A stretch of 61,820 bases of DNA, counting the filler, from Diploschistes diacapsis (taxonomy: Eukaryota): assembly GCA_023645945.1 (NCBI GenBank). It is 11 parts of 11 records of this genome, joined end to end, with 100 filler letters (N's around TTAATTAATTAA, not from the genome) between each part and the next. Parts side by side here need not be neighbours in the genome. Positions count along the whole stretch, not along the records: positions 1 to 26,089 come from JALAIB010000190.1; positions 26,190 to 29,673 come from JALAIB010001902.1; positions 29,774 to 33,257 come from JALAIB010001903.1; positions 33,358 to 36,837 come from JALAIB010001904.1; 7 more parts are not named here. One strand, written 5' to 3'. Below are positions 23,402 through 35,894 of this stretch, one piece after another. The notes beneath the pieces were generated by a model, which saw only the letters and a list, made by a program, of their open reading frames with translations, was not told the origin of the DNA and searched no databases. Every line of letters starts with the position of its first letter. The stretch's first letter is position 1. Both the position numbers and the translations under genes were made by a program.

Positions 23402-25393
23402 ATGACCGAGCCAGGTCCTGTAGCCCAAGCCCTTGGGTATCTGGCATACAACTTTTCGTTGGTACAACCACTTATCCCTACATACACTACGCTCATTGCC
23501 GCTGCCGTCCTGCCTATATTCGCTGGGGCGCATGCATCCCTCTCGAGGCCTTCGTCTGCTACAAAACCGAAGACCAGAAAGGGCCGAAGAGATGGCAGTC
23601 AGGAGAGTTCGGGCCAGAAGATGGAGGGACTTTCCCCTTCGGACGCCATCCTGTACCCAATAATGACTGGATGCATGCTGACTGGTCTTTACTTCTTGAT
23701 CAAATGGCTCAAGGACCCGGAAATTCTGAACAAGATTATCAACTGGTATCTGTCTAGCTTTGGGATCTTCTCAGTCGCCAAGCTAGTCAGTGACTTGATG
23801 TCAGTTACGAGATCCTTCGTCTTTCCGGATAGGTTTTCAGATGGTGGCCAGGTCTGGAAGATTGAACCCAGTTCCGGGACGGCTACTGTTGTGCAAATAG
23901 AGACGGGCTCTGTGCCAAAGATGCAGATTCGGAAATCCCCTTTACCCGGCATCTTATCTAGACTGCCATTGGCGCCTCCGGTGTCGAGTACACTGTGGCG
24001 CTTGCGAGCTGTTCTGACAGACGTGTGGGTTGTTCTAGAGGTTTTTGCCTATGACCTGTTTGACGCGAATATCGACATTGGTCTGAATGGTGCCCTAGGC
24101 TTGATTATTTCAATATCAAGCCTGTTATATTTCAACCTGGTATCAAAGCCTTGGTGGCTGACCAACCTGTTCGGATTCAGCTTCAGCTACAGCGCGTTGC
24201 AGCTGATGTCCCCAACAACCTTTTGGACGGGCACATTAGTCCTTACTTCACTTTTCTTCTACGACATATATTTCGTGTTCTTCACCCCATTGATGGTGAC
24301 GGTAGCTACCAAGCTCGATATTCCTGTCAAGCTTCTCATTCCTAAACCTTCCGATGAAGATCCCTCCAAGCTCTCTTTCGCCATGCTTGGACTTGGAGAT
24401 ATTGTTCTTCCTGGTATTATGATTGGCCTCGCCCTTCGATTTGATCTCTATCTATTCTATCTAAAGAAACAGAAAAAGAAGGAGATTGATGCTTCAAACG
24501 ATAAGAGTAGTTTGACCGGTTTGAAAGAAGCGTCAGGGTCAACTGCCAAAACCATCGAGTTGGACTCTACAAACAAGCTTCAACTGCCTCTCACTTACGA
24601 CAGTAAAGGTCTCGGCAAGATGGAGTATGTCACTGCCACTGGAGGCTGGGGTGAACGATTCTGGCTTGGAAATAGTGAGGCCATTCGTCAGGAAGGAGGC
24701 AAGTTTCCCAAGACATATTTCTATACTGGCGTTACCGGATATATACTGGGTATGATTACTACTGTATGCGTTATGCACTTCGCTCAACACGCGCAACCGG
24801 CCCTCCTGTACCTTGTTCCCAGCGTTCTTATTTCTTTATGGGGTACGGCATTGGTACGGGGTGAGATTCAGACCATGTGGAACTATACTGAAGAAGACCC
24901 AAGCGAGAAGAAAGAAAAGACAGAGGATAAGTCGAGAAAGGCTGATGGCAAAGAGAACGAAAGCGTAGATGAGGCCGAAGTCAAGAAGGTAAGTAATGAT
25001 GGTAGCAGCCAACAAAGGGTCAAGGAAGGCAAAGGTCCTAGCGCCGAGACCGAAATTCCGCAAAACGAGGGAGGCCGCGGTGAAACCAATTCGGCCCTCG
25101 CAAAGTCTATGCCCAAAAAGTCTGAGGGTGCCTCCGAAGATGACACGAAAGGCGAGGGGCATATATCTAGCACGCGACGTTCTGACCGCAAGGGCAGATA
25201 TTTCTTCTTCGCCGTTAGCGAGCCGAGGCGTTCAAAAGTAGAAACGACAAAGATTGAGCTGGCTCCTGAACTTGTGACAGGGCTGAAGAGTGTGTCCAGA
25301 GGACCGGTCGGGCAAGAACCGGATGCTGCTGGCGAAGAGCCCCTGAAAGGCGAGGATACCGAGCCTCCTGGGAAGAGGGCGAAACTGGCATGA
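23402..25393 (+). CDS. sppA: Signal peptide peptidase (presenilin-type GxGD intramembrane aspartyl protease; SppA/Ypf1 orthologue)
   Basis: LFFYDIYFVF, LGLGDIVLPG, QPALLYLVP catalytic motifs; GAHASL; multiple TM segments. First ATG at 23402. Confidence 0.92.
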   Translation: MTEPGPVAQALGYLAYNFSLVQPLIPTYTTLIAAAVLPIFAGAHASLSRPSSATKPKTRKGRRDGSQESSGQKMEGLSPSDAILYPIMTGCMLTGLYFLIKWLKDPEILNKIINWYLSSFGIFSVAKLVSDLMSVTRSFVFPDRFSDGGQVWKIEPSSGTATVVQIETGSVPKMQIRKSPLPGILSRLPLAPPVSSTLWRLRAVLTDVWVVLEVFAYDLFDANIDIGLNGALGLIISISSLLYFNLVSKPWWLTNLFGFSFSYSALQLMSPTTFWTGTLVLTSLFFYDIYFVFFTPLMVTVATKLDIPVKLLIPKPSDEDPSKLSFAMLGLGDIVLPGIMIGLALRFDLYLFYLKKQKKKEIDASNDKSSLTGLKEASGSTAKTIELDSTNKLQLPLTYDSKGLGKMEYVTATGGWGERFWLGNSEAIRQEGGKFPKTYFYTGVTGYILGMITTVCVMHFAQHAQPALLYLVPSVLISLWGTALVRGEIQTMWNYTEEDPSEKKEKTEDKSRKADGKENESVDEAEVKKVSNDGSSQQRVKEGKGPSAETEIPQNEGGRGETNSALAKSMPKKSEGASEDDTKGEGHISSTRRSDRKGRYFFFAVSEPRRSKVETTKIELAPELVTGLKSVSRGPVGQEPDAAGEEPLKGEDTEPPGKRAKLA

Positions 25394-25474
25394 TTTGCTT
25401 GATCGGGGTTTAGCAGTGTGGTTAGCGTTAGGTCGCATGGGGGTGTCTTTTCACCCCAGCATAGCGCATAATGA

Positions 25475-25998
25475 TCAAGTTTTGACTCTATTTAAGAATG
25501 ACTCCCACTCCTTCCACCTCTCTCCTGCCCTGCCAATGACATTCTTCACACCCTTCGTTCCCAACGCGTCGCCACCTGAACACTCAATTCTCCAAATCTT
25601 ACTCCCACCATGGTCCACAATCACCGTTCCCACCTCATCACAGCACCCTTCCTCAAAATCATCCGGGTCCATCAGCACCACTTTCTCCCTCCTCTCATCG
25701 CCTGGCTTTGGTCTCCACTGAAACACCGCGAAGCTTAATGGCACTGGCAGACCTCTTATTTCTAAAGGTATCATATTTTCAATCCTTGGGTCGCACACCA
25801 CGTTCTCCAAGTTCCGATCCCACCTCGCAGCCGGTAGCCGCGTCGCCTTCAGTGCCGCAAGCACAGCCAACCAAGCCGCGTCAAAAGCGGCGCCGTCGAG
25901 GGATATAACCAGGATATCAACGTAGAGCGTCCAATACGCCATAACCTTATCCTCTTCCCTCTCCGCCTCATCCCCATCCTCGTCCTCGACCTCCATCG
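25475..25998 (-). CDS. RRP43: Exosome core subunit Rrp43 (RNase PH fold), 3' part only; 5' part lost at the chimeric contig end
   Basis: AYWTLYVDILVISLDGAAFDAAWLAVLAALK.TRLP...W, LPVPLSFAVF, DPDDFEE, IECSGG, typical of fungal Rrp43. Confidence 0.75.
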
Positions 25999-26089
25999 CT
26001 TCAGCCCTGTCACAAGTTCAGGAGCCAGCTCAATCTTTGTCGTTTCTACTTTTGAACGCCTCGGCTCGCTAACGGCGAAGAAGAAATAT
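25999..26089 (-). repeat. 91-bp exact inverted copy of 25198-25288 at the contig end (probable chimera)
   Basis: Base-by-base reverse-complement identity to the SPP coding sequence. Confidence 0.9.
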
Positions 26090-26189
26090 NNNNNNNNNNN
26101 NNNNNNNNNNNNNNNNNNNNNNNNNNNNNNNNNTTAATTAATTAANNNNNNNNNNNNNNNNNNNNNNNNNNNNNNNNNNNNNNNNNNNN
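26090..26189. other. Artificial contig linker N44-TTAATTAATTAA-N44. The same linker occurs at 29674-29773, 33258-33357, 36838-36937, 40417-40516, 43990-44089, 47562-47661, 51133-51232, 54699-54798 and 58264-58363
   Basis: Ten identical 100-nt blocks with a six-frame stop cassette in the middle. Confidence 0.99.
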
Positions 26190-26918
26190 GGGGAAAGGGG
26201 GAAAGGAGGGGACAGTATAAGAAGTAGATACCGGAGACATGAAAATGATTTAAGAGAGATACCATGGAAGTAATGTCGGTTAGGCTTGGTCAATTGGGCT
26301 AGATATTCCATTGTGCACATGAATCGAGCGCGGATATAAGACAAAGGTAATCGATTCACTGAAAGATTGGATTTATTGCAACACACGTTAAAAATTGCGT
26401 TGAAATCCTTTACCATATCCAAGGATATATTCATTATCCAACGTCTCCCGTGCATTTTTTTCTCAGCTCCTGCTCGCCTTGGGATGTCCCTTCCCATGCT
26501 GCCTCGCCCCGTCCTTTGAAAACATCCGGCTTTTGCTGTTATTACAACGTTATCCACGCCGCTCCGCTCGCTTTTTCGTGTCCTTTCTTCCCTCTTTTTC
26601 CCCGCCCGTTCTTTAATCCCCCAGCCAAAAATGCCTCTTGCCCCCCGTTTCCTACACAAATCAAGTGCGTTACTGTGGGAACTGCCAGTACCTAGAACCT
26701 AATCTCATCTATCCAATACGCAGCACCGAAATGCCCGTCATCATGTACCGAGCGTCCAGAATTTTAAGCAGCTGCTTACTTGGTACGCATGCCCAACGCC
26801 AGACGCCAAACATCCGCCATCTGTAGGCAATACCGAACTCGCCGAATTACGATCCAAAGCCCACCCCCGCCCCGAAATCAGCGACCCCAGCTCCAAGCCC
26901 CAGCCAGGAGCAAAGGTC

Positions 26919-28063
26919 CTAGTTCACAAACCATTTACTCTGGAATAAATCCAACCTGGATACCAGACCCCCCGAAAAAATGGGATACCAGTCCCGAACC
27001 CAACTTTCCACCACAGCCTCCCACCGCATGCCGCGCATCAACAGCCTCCAACATCGCCTCCTCATCTTGATTTCTACTTTGGCGTCGGCTTCAGCATCCC
27101 TCCTAGCCCTCCCGTGCGAGACGATAGTCCTGTCAACACTTCGCTGGTCCTGGGAGGCGCTGCATAGGGTGTGGTTCTGCTTCAGCAGCTGCGTCTGTGT
27201 CTGCGCAAAGCCTCGGCATATGCGTCTGCGTCTATGTTTATGTCTGCGGAGCGGCGCGTGCTCTGCTTGTCTCTGGATGGTCATGGCTGGAGTCGTGCAC
27301 GTGGCCCCTGTCGTCGTCGCGATGCTGATCGTGGTGTTGTCGGTACTGGCGTGAGCGGCAGTGCTCGTGCTCTGTGGAGCCGTCGCGGGCATGCTCGCCA
27401 TGGTGATCATTCGACGGCAGATCGTGAGCGTGCTCCTCGTTGGCCCAGGCACCGTGCTGCGCGCTTTGATGGTGTGTTGTGACGCCGTGTCTGTTCTCCG
27501 CGTGGTCGTCGTGTTGAAGGTATTGCTGCTGTGTAGTCCATCGCTCGTGCTCCGGGTGGCCCGTGGCCGTGTCATGCCGGACTTCTGAGCGTGATCGTCA
27601 TTTGTCGTCGTGAGAACAGGCACTGTGCTGCTGCTGAGCGCTCCATTGGTTGGCATCACCATCTCCGTCCCCGAGCTTTCGTCTGGCGCACAAGTAAGCG
27701 TACTACTCTGTGCATCCAAATTCCTGGGGTCATGCCTCCTACTTCAACGCTAATATCCCGTTCACCCAGACCCCCACAGCCCCCCATAGACGCTCCGTAT
27801 CCTCCACAAGTACCCAAGTCCCGAGCCCCTTCCACTCCAGCTCCACCAAACCCAAGGCCAACGTCCCTCTCTACCTACCTACCGCGCTGCACTAGGTGCG
27901 AATCCCCTACCGAGAAGCCAGCCTGGCGCTCACGCAGACCGTGATAGTCACCGCGAGCTTCTCGCGCGCAGAGGCCCTCAGATCCCCCGCATGCGCCCCG
28001 CGCCTGAGTTCCGCCCCCTGCTGCCAAGGCTAAAGCCACGGCCATTGCCTCGCGCCTCAACAT
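26919..28063 (-). CDS. Putative Thr-rich hypothetical protein (at least 2 exons; structure uncertain)
   Basis: Short ORF starting MLRREAMAVALALAAGG with a GTAGGT donor near 27882. An acceptor (GCTTAC...CCAG) near 27683 leads into a 250-codon Thr-rich frame with GC-ending codons. No recognisable domain. Confidence 0.3.
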
Positions 28064-31000
28064 GGGCCCTCTGTGCTTGTGTAGCGCGCCGCGCTTGTTA
28101 CGGAGTGGGCGAGACCTACAGGCCCGGCTTTTTAGACGAGGACCGGGATGATTTGGCGGGCAGGGCGGCGCCTCTCTGTGCGCGGGTGCTGCTGCGCCGC
28201 TGCTTCGGTGTGGGTCGCTTCTGTGGGTATTGTGGACGTGGGTCAGCTTGGGCTCGGGGTTCGGGATTCGGGGATGTTTGCGTGGATTGCGTTAAGCGGT
28301 TTTCGGTTCGCTGGGAGAAGCGCTGATGGCGATGTGATGATGGACTTCTGTTCGTTCTTGGGCGGCCTGGTTGCGGGTCCCTGCCGAACCGGTCTTGTGC
28401 CACGGGTACTGGATGTTCGCTAGGGATGGGTTGCAGAGGCGGCTGCGTGCAAACCGCTTTCATGTCCAATACGCACCCCCTAGCTCGGCTAGCTTTGGCA
28501 GACTTGTGCACGGCCACGGTCTGATCGTGTGAATTCTCTTTACCCGTACGTAGTACGTCTGGGCGAAGAAGAATCATGTCCAGACAGACCCGCTCCTGCT
28601 TCTGCATCTGGCTAGCCTTCCCGAGCGTAGAGATTCTAAGTACCAAAGAATTGTGCCGATGAGATTTGAGACAGGGCGAGAGAGACAATGGGGACAGCGA
28701 GGGCTACGGAGCGCATGTCCGCCATAGAGGGCTCGGATATCCGAACGAGATAGAAAAAATGTGATAATAAAATTCAGGAAGGAGCTGCTGGATAAACAGA
28801 TCAAAACAAAACACAAATTGACCTAGCTCTGAGAATAACACGAAACATCCCTCTCCTTATACACCCTTCCCACGAGATCTCAACCTACCTCTTCTCCACG
28901 CCCAATCTTCAAGAACGACGACAGTGGGTCGAGCATCCTTCTATCTCGCTGTCCTACTCCTCTTACGCCTCCATGCCTGATCCGTGTCGCCTCAAAAGCT
29001 CACTTCACAACCCCAAACTCCCAAAGATCTACCTTCAAACCTTCCAGCAGAGCTTCCTCGAAGCGGCAAGTAACGGCAAGGCGGATCTCACTACGGCCAT
29101 GATCGCTGCAGGGCAGATGGCTGTTGAACTGGAACGCCTTCTGGCCAGGGGCAGTGGGAAAGAGACAGCTTAGACCCAGATCCTCGTAGTAGCACAGATA
29201 GTCTGCCCAGTACCCCCCCAGGGGTAGCATCTCGGCCAAAGGGTTGAGGCAATCAGATAGTTGATGGCGGTCTGCCAGGTGGGGTGGTCCAGGTTCCGTC
29301 GGGATGCCGAAGCTGCATATACACGGTGTCAAGACAAGCGAAGTTGGGCGGAGCAAAAGGCGTGTTGAGGCGGTGGATTGACACGTTGAGACTGGCCGAT
29401 GAAAACCATCTCACACAAACTTTGATAAAGTTATAACGTCGGGGGGCATCTTCGGATATGCCTTTCTCGGACTGCTCTTTTGTCACATCCTGTCTCTTCT
29501 CATATGCCTTGTGCCTCTTTCCTAGTTTGATTCCGGAAGAGGTACTGCCTCGCTCTTTCTGGATATAGAATCTACAGGACTAAAAATCATTTCGCGTAGA
29601 TTTTAAGTTAGGTTCTATTTAAATGTATATAAGCGTTATCTTTGATTTAATAAATAATTATTATGTAATAACGNNNNNNNNNNNNNNNNNNNNNNNNNNN
29701 NNNNNNNNNNNNNNNNNTTAATTAATTAANNNNNNNNNNNNNNNNNNNNNNNNNNNNNNNNNNNNNNNNNNNNGGGGGGGATCGAGGGACTCTTTCAGGC
29801 CATGTACAGGCGCAGATCGTCTAAATCGGTCTACTCTCTGCAAGTGCACGTGCGTGAGTGAGGTGAGACTGCGTTTCAGTGAGACTGCGTTTCAGCCGTG
29901 TCTGATATTACTACGCTTGGGTTATGAGGCAGCACAAAAAGAAAAGAGAAGGGCTGCGAACGCTTAGCGCACTGAGCGCAATTCAGCTATATTGTCGAGG
30001 ATCTGCATTGCACAGCCAGTTACAGATCATGCTCCAGCATGACAGGGATCAATCTGTGCGCAATCTAAGCAAGTATTGCTCTATTCCTCAATGCAAAACC
30101 GTCATCGAGGGAGAGAACGTGCCTGTCATTCGCCGTTCAGACCCCATTCATCAGGACATTCTAGCAGTTTGCGTTCATCCAAACCCCTTTCTACCCCTTC
30201 GAGACTGCTGCTATCCCTATAGTAGCCCAAAGGAACGGCCCGTCTATATTGCTTTCCCCAAAGCTAGCGAACAATGTTGCCTCGACTCTTGACGCGTACG
30301 CCCGATAACGGCTTGGAAATACACAAGCGATGACACCTCGCCTGCGACGCTGATGGCCGGCAAGTGAGCAAATCTTCTGGACACCTCGCGGTTTGTATAT
30401 TAATTACAAAACTTTCGGCTTTGTACTTTTCAGGCAATTTTTTCTTCAGAAAGGACAAATCCTTCGAGCCGCCGCTTCTGCATAGTTGGCCCGCCTCCGC
30501 GCGGATCCTGTAACCTTTTAAAAGATAAAATAAGGACTATGATTTAAAAAGTATTGTGTGGATGCAGCAATGACAAGGCCTTACCTTTCCCTCGGATCAG
30601 GAACTGCTTCACATCCCACCACGTTGCTGCTGTACGTTTAGTCATTCGATTGAGGGGCTCGAGACAAGGAATTACTTAGGTATAAAGTTCTGCGCAAACA
30701 AGCCGTCTTGGTTCACCTCACCCCTCGCTTTAAGCATTTAAGCAACAACTTAACAAGTCAAGGAGAAACGTTTTACTATCATTCGTCGGCAGATCGAATG
30801 GTAGGAAGGGTTGCAAAAGCTTATCGCAAAGAGCAAATACATTCCCCATGGGCTTCGGCGAGGTCAGACAAGAGCGCGAACATCTTTTGCAGCTTAGTGG
30901 TTGTCCCGCCTGGCGCTGCTGGTGGAGTGTATGACTGGCTGTTGCTGTAAGAGGGGCGCATCACAAACAGGCACGCCAGAGCTAGCCAGCGAAGCCATCA

Positions 31001-33357
31001 GGTGATGCGCGTTTGACAGCGAGGCGTTTTTGCCTTGCCCATTTACAGTCCTGAATGGTAAAGTCCGAGTTGGATGTCGCGTACCGCTTCGCCTATTCTT
31101 GCGTCAGTCCACTTCGTTCCCCATGGGGCGAGCAAAATACACATCGACGAATATCGAAAGGACAGATAGTCCTAGGCATGGCAAGTAGGCTGAGGCGGCA
31201 CAAGAGTGAGCATGACCACCCCCAAATCAGGAAGGGGGGTCGACAATTCGAGGAGCTGAATTTGTATTCCCTGATCCATGAGCCGGGATATGGTATCTGT
31301 GGTTTCCTAATCTGACTCTGAATTGCTGCCGTCATACATCGCTCAGCAGCAACACGAGCCAATTCACGAGGCTCGGAATCTTTCCATTCGCTCCTCCAAA
31401 CTACCACGATAATTCCGTATCACCTCGTCACGCCCGCCCTCTATCATCCTCGACTCCGCCGAAAGGCTCAAACGTGTGGCTAACGTAGAAGAACTCGCTC
31501 CTTTTCGGGGGAAGTCGACTTTCACATCCGAAGCCTTAGCGCTTGGACTATATACCGAAATCCAACGCCAGCGGACTTGGAAACTTTCCCCAATGCTCGT
31601 GAGGGATCCCAGCTCATGGCGCAGACGAGGCGAGGATAACGAGTCAGCTTACCACGGTATGGGAGAGGGTTACTTTATTATGTGATGGTAGATGGATGCG
31701 GAAGGTAAAAAGGGTACTTCCCCAGATGTACGACCAGATTCAGGCAGGTTGACTGGACGAACCGTGGGTCTCCTTTAAGATTTGACAGGCTCTTGGCTTG
31801 AACGTATCAACTGCGGAGAGCTGACGAAAGCCAACTTGACTCGCATCTCAGCGTTGGATCATAACCTCTCAATAAACTCCAATGAACGTCGGTTTTAAGG
31901 TTTTCTCGAGTTACGCAAGATATAGCCTCTTAGTTGCCCTGATACGCGTGCATCAAGATAGCCCTTCACGGAAAGCCATACACCTTGTGAGGATTGGATT
32001 ACTGCAGATACTCTTCCTCAGACAACCGATCCATGTGGGTTGCCGACCTATCCAGAACCTCGGGAGCGAGATTCAAATTTAGACTCACCTCGTGAGCACG
32101 GGCTTCCATCCATTCTAGACAAAGTTTCCAGTCGGCGAGGACTTGAACCCTTATGTCTAGCCCGAAAGGTATCTTCGGCTTGCAAAAAAACCAACGACCA
32201 GACTAGACGTCCGCATATCAGCTCAGTTTCAGTCCCGGAAAGCAACCACATCCTCTGCTCCCGTGCGTCGCAATGCAAATGACTTTGTAGAGATTGAAAG
32301 CTCAGCCTGCAATTCGGCTTGAAAAAGCTGGAGCGGGACGCAATGCACACTGCATGCCGTGTATTCGCGACAGGGTTGGCTCTCCTCTGCTTGAGAACTT
32401 GCCCTGGAAAGGAGCTTCATACCCTGGCCAGTTCCTATCGCTGTGAGAGCACGAGGTCTACATCAAACAATCTCATCTCACTTCAGCTCTCACAACGCAA
32501 CGCTGTGCAAGTGGACTCCCCCCTTTATTCTCCGAAGCCCTTTTTCCCACGCAAGGCAGGAGTTGCGCGAAACCTCTCCTGCAGACTTCATCCCTAACGT
32601 GTCTCGGGTCTTGGCAATATCAGCGTCTTTGGTGCCTCCCCCTTGAGCCATACCGACTAGTATATGAGCCCCCTTCCGTGATGGATGAGTAGGTAAATGA
32701 ACAAGCGGGAAAGATGCACGTGATCCACAACGCCGCCGGGATCAATGCCCGAAACTCAGCCTCGTTTGCTCCCGCAATTCCATAGAAAGAGTCTTACAAC
32801 ACATTTGAAGTGCCAACAGCCTCTCGTTCGAGTCTTTATGACGCTTCGTGAAGAGGGGTGCTGGAGAATCAGGGGGGGGAAAAAACGTTCACTCGGGATA
32901 AGTTGCGGTTTCATTTCTTGGGCCACTAGTTCTGTCTAAGAGCAGGTATCGAACCCACCTACCAGGTAGCCGTACCTGGACAAAACTAGCCTCGACACCC
33001 GGAACGTACTGGGCGACGGCATGCAAACAACATGGGGCCCTCCAAGTTCCCATTCCCTTTTGCCTCTGTCGACGAAACCCCCCATCATCCCATTTGAATG
33101 TCGCAAATCCAATCCACCTCGCCAGGCTTCCCCCCCCCCCTCTTCTTTCCGTCCTCTTCAACGACCAGAAAGTAGTTAGTTTCACCTACCCTTTCCCACG
33201 TATTCCCATTCCCGTCTTTGTCCTAGGCCCTCTGTATACAACCACAGTAATATACCCNNNNNNNNNNNNNNNNNNNNNNNNNNNNNNNNNNNNNNNNNNN
33301 NTTAATTAATTAANNNNNNNNNNNNNNNNNNNNNNNNNNNNNNNNNNNNNNNNNNNN

Positions 33358-33477
33358 ATATTAACACGAATATTATACTTCCGTAAATTCACGAACACGG
33401 ACACCGCAGCTAAAAAATCTAAAACACGGATACTAACACTATTAATATCCGTGTCAGTGTCAGTAACGGCCAGCCTA
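33358..33477. mobile_element. End of a hAT-like DNA element (terminus TAGGCTGGCCGT, subterminal ACACGGACAC/GACACT repeats)
   Basis: The reverse complement of 33448-33477 matches 54658-54687. The same 12-bp terminus occurs at 54927-54938. Confidence 0.6.
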
Positions 33478-34038
33478 TATTAATAACGTTTAAGATGATT
33501 TATTTCGTTAATATGCGGTCGCCAACGCGTTAAATATTATTAAAAATCTAGATCGATTTCGGCCAGTCTTTTTTGTATTGTTTTTCGCGATACGCCGATT
33601 AAATTAATAATTTCTTTTCATTGAAAGAAAGGTTGGATCTTAAAATGCTTATATAAGCGATCGATTTGGTCCTTAGTAATCTCGCGTGGTCGATTTAGGC
33701 GGTTTTGATCGATCTATTCGAGAAAGCGAGGATTACGCATTGCTTACGTATATCGTGTAATTTAGTAATTAATACCTAATATTTCTGCCGTTTTTTTAAT
33801 CGGAATACCATTCTTGATTATTCCTATTAATTCGTTGCGTTAATGAGGTTTTAATTCGTTCCCTAGGCCCATTTATGGCGTGTTGAAGTTGAATGATGGT
33901 GGTTTAGTTTTTCAAAATTTTGGGTGGGGGCAAAAACTTAGTGCCACTGTCTTTATGTTAAGGATAGTTCTAATAACCCAAAGCACTTCAAAATCATTTC
34001 ACCGACGTCGGCAGATTTCGCTATCCTGGCACTGCGAT

Positions 34039-35157
34039 ATGTCTAGCGCAAGGCATTGGTACGTATTTCACAATCTCATATCTTCCCATTCTGACCTCGG
34101 CCGCACAGGGAACAGGACAAGGAGGCTACTGTCTATATCGGAAATCTTGACGAAAGGGTTACAGACAGTCTAGTATGGGAGCTCATGCTTCAGGCTGGAA
34201 GAATCGTCAATGTTCACTTGCCGAAAGATCGAGTGACTCAGTCTCATCAAGGTTATGGATTTGTTGAGTTCATTAGCGAAGAAGATGCGGAATATGCCGC
34301 TAAGATTATGAATCAAATTCGACTTTATGGGAAACCCGTACGTGTCAATAAGGCATCTGCGGACAAGCAAAAGACAGTGGATGTAGGCGCAGAACTTTTC
34401 GTCGGAAATCTTGATCCTATGGTAACTGAACAAACGCTGTACGAGACTTTCAGCAGGTTTGGTAGCCTTATTGCTGTACCAAAGGTGAGTCGGATTACTG
34501 AAATACTATCATTACCACCTTTGCTAAAGGAAATAGATTGCTCGTGATGACACTAATTTATCTAAAGGATATGGTTTTGTCTCGTTTTCGAACTTTGAGG
34601 CTTCAGATGACGCCATAGGAAATCTCAATGGCCAATATCTTATGAATAAACAGGTCTCGGTGCAATACGCCTACAAAAAAGACGGGAAGGGGGAGAGACA
34701 TGGTGATCAGGCGGAGAGAATGCTTGCCACTGAAGGAAAGAAGCATATTACCCAGCCAGCTATGCCACCTCTACCAGTACAACTCTTCGGATCTCGGCCA
34801 CCGAGTGCTCCTGGTTTAATGTTGTTGGATACCGATCCCAGACGTTTGTCAGCCCCAAACGCGAACTCGGCTGCGTCAACGTTTTTGAATGGGCGTAATG
34901 GCATGAATTTACAAACAGCCTCGCAAACAGCCCCGCAACCACTGCAACAGAGGTCAACACCACAGACACAATCACTATCGGGTCCCCCACCAGCTGGTCT
35001 TCCACCAAGGCCGCCACCCTCGCAAGCGGGTTATGGAGGTCCTCAAAATTTCCTACCTCCAGGCTTCAATATACCTCAGAGTGCTGGATTTACCGCCACA
35101 ACGCCGTCACCTGGTTTGCCCCCGGGTTTCCAGGCCGTCCCTGGAATGAGAACATAG
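34039..35157 (+). CDS. HSH49: Splicing factor SF3b subunit 4 (Hsh49/SAP49): two RRMs and a Pro-rich tail
   Basis: Exons 34039-34058, 34109-34484, 34537-35157. Motifs [67 protein letters not shown]. Confidence 0.95.
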
Positions 35158-35418
35158 TAATGTGAAGCTATGTGTGAGATCCTATATGTGCAGCAAAACA
35201 GAAATCATGCCAAAGGCTGTAAGATGGGTTTAAAGAGGCCAATAACCCACTTGTAGGGAACTGTCAAGCGATGATAACACCGAGACTCTGGCTGGAGGAA
35301 TGAGAAGGTTGAGGATAGTGGTGAAGGTTTCAACCTGAGCCCTTGCTAAACAATCACAATATTCCTGCTTCATGATTCTCAAAGGAGTAACGCTAGACAA
35401 GGTAGGAGGCGTAAGTGT

Positions 35419-35894
35419 TTAATCCTGTAAAGAATTGCCTGCGTCTGAGACGATATTTGCAGGGTATGTCCCGTCTCCTGAAGAGAATGAAACAAACTTG
35501 GGATCTCGTGGTTTACCATCAGCGTCGATATTGTTCTCTGCAAATCTCGACTGGATGAATATTCTCCTTGCTTCATCAAATCCAACGGCTCTTCTTTTCA
35601 TTATACTTTTGATCTCGTTTCTGCCTTGCTCATCAAGTCCCAAACGCTGGTCTCCACCAACAAGGTTAATGGACAAATCAAAGTCATTCGAAGTAAGCCC
35701 TTCCTCCATATCGTTAGCGAAAGAGGGCAAACTTGGATATGAGTCCCGGGAAACATGGCAACGCCATTTATCGCGGGTAAAGAAAACGACTAGATGGGTA
35801 AGCTTGAATCCAGATTAAAGTAATATTGAAAGGACCCACTCGTAGCTAAGACCAGAAAGCAAAATAAGATCGAGTAGAGCAGAGAGTTTGCCAT
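35419..35894 (-). CDS. DUF2015/UPF0357 (YCL012C-like) small membrane protein, 2 exons
   Basis: Exon 1 MANSLLYSILFCFLVLAT, then an intron GTGGGT...GCTTAC...TAG. Exon 2 carries SFANDMEEGLTS.DFDL..N...GD.R.GLD, FDEARR and G.PRDPKFVSFS. Confidence 0.8.

Noticed and set aside
26134..26145. Regularly spaced TTAATTAATTAA palindromes every ~3.57 kb, suggestive of an array
   Set aside because: Each sits in the centre of an identical N-run. They are synthetic six-frame-stop linkers, and the spacing reflects length-sorted contigs.
28116..29486. ORFs of 190, 118 and 77 aa in contig 2
   Set aside because: No recognisable domain or consistent exon structure.
30700..33257. Many 60-100 aa ORFs in contig 3
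   Set aside because: Random-looking composition on both strands; most likely a long intergenic or regulatory region.
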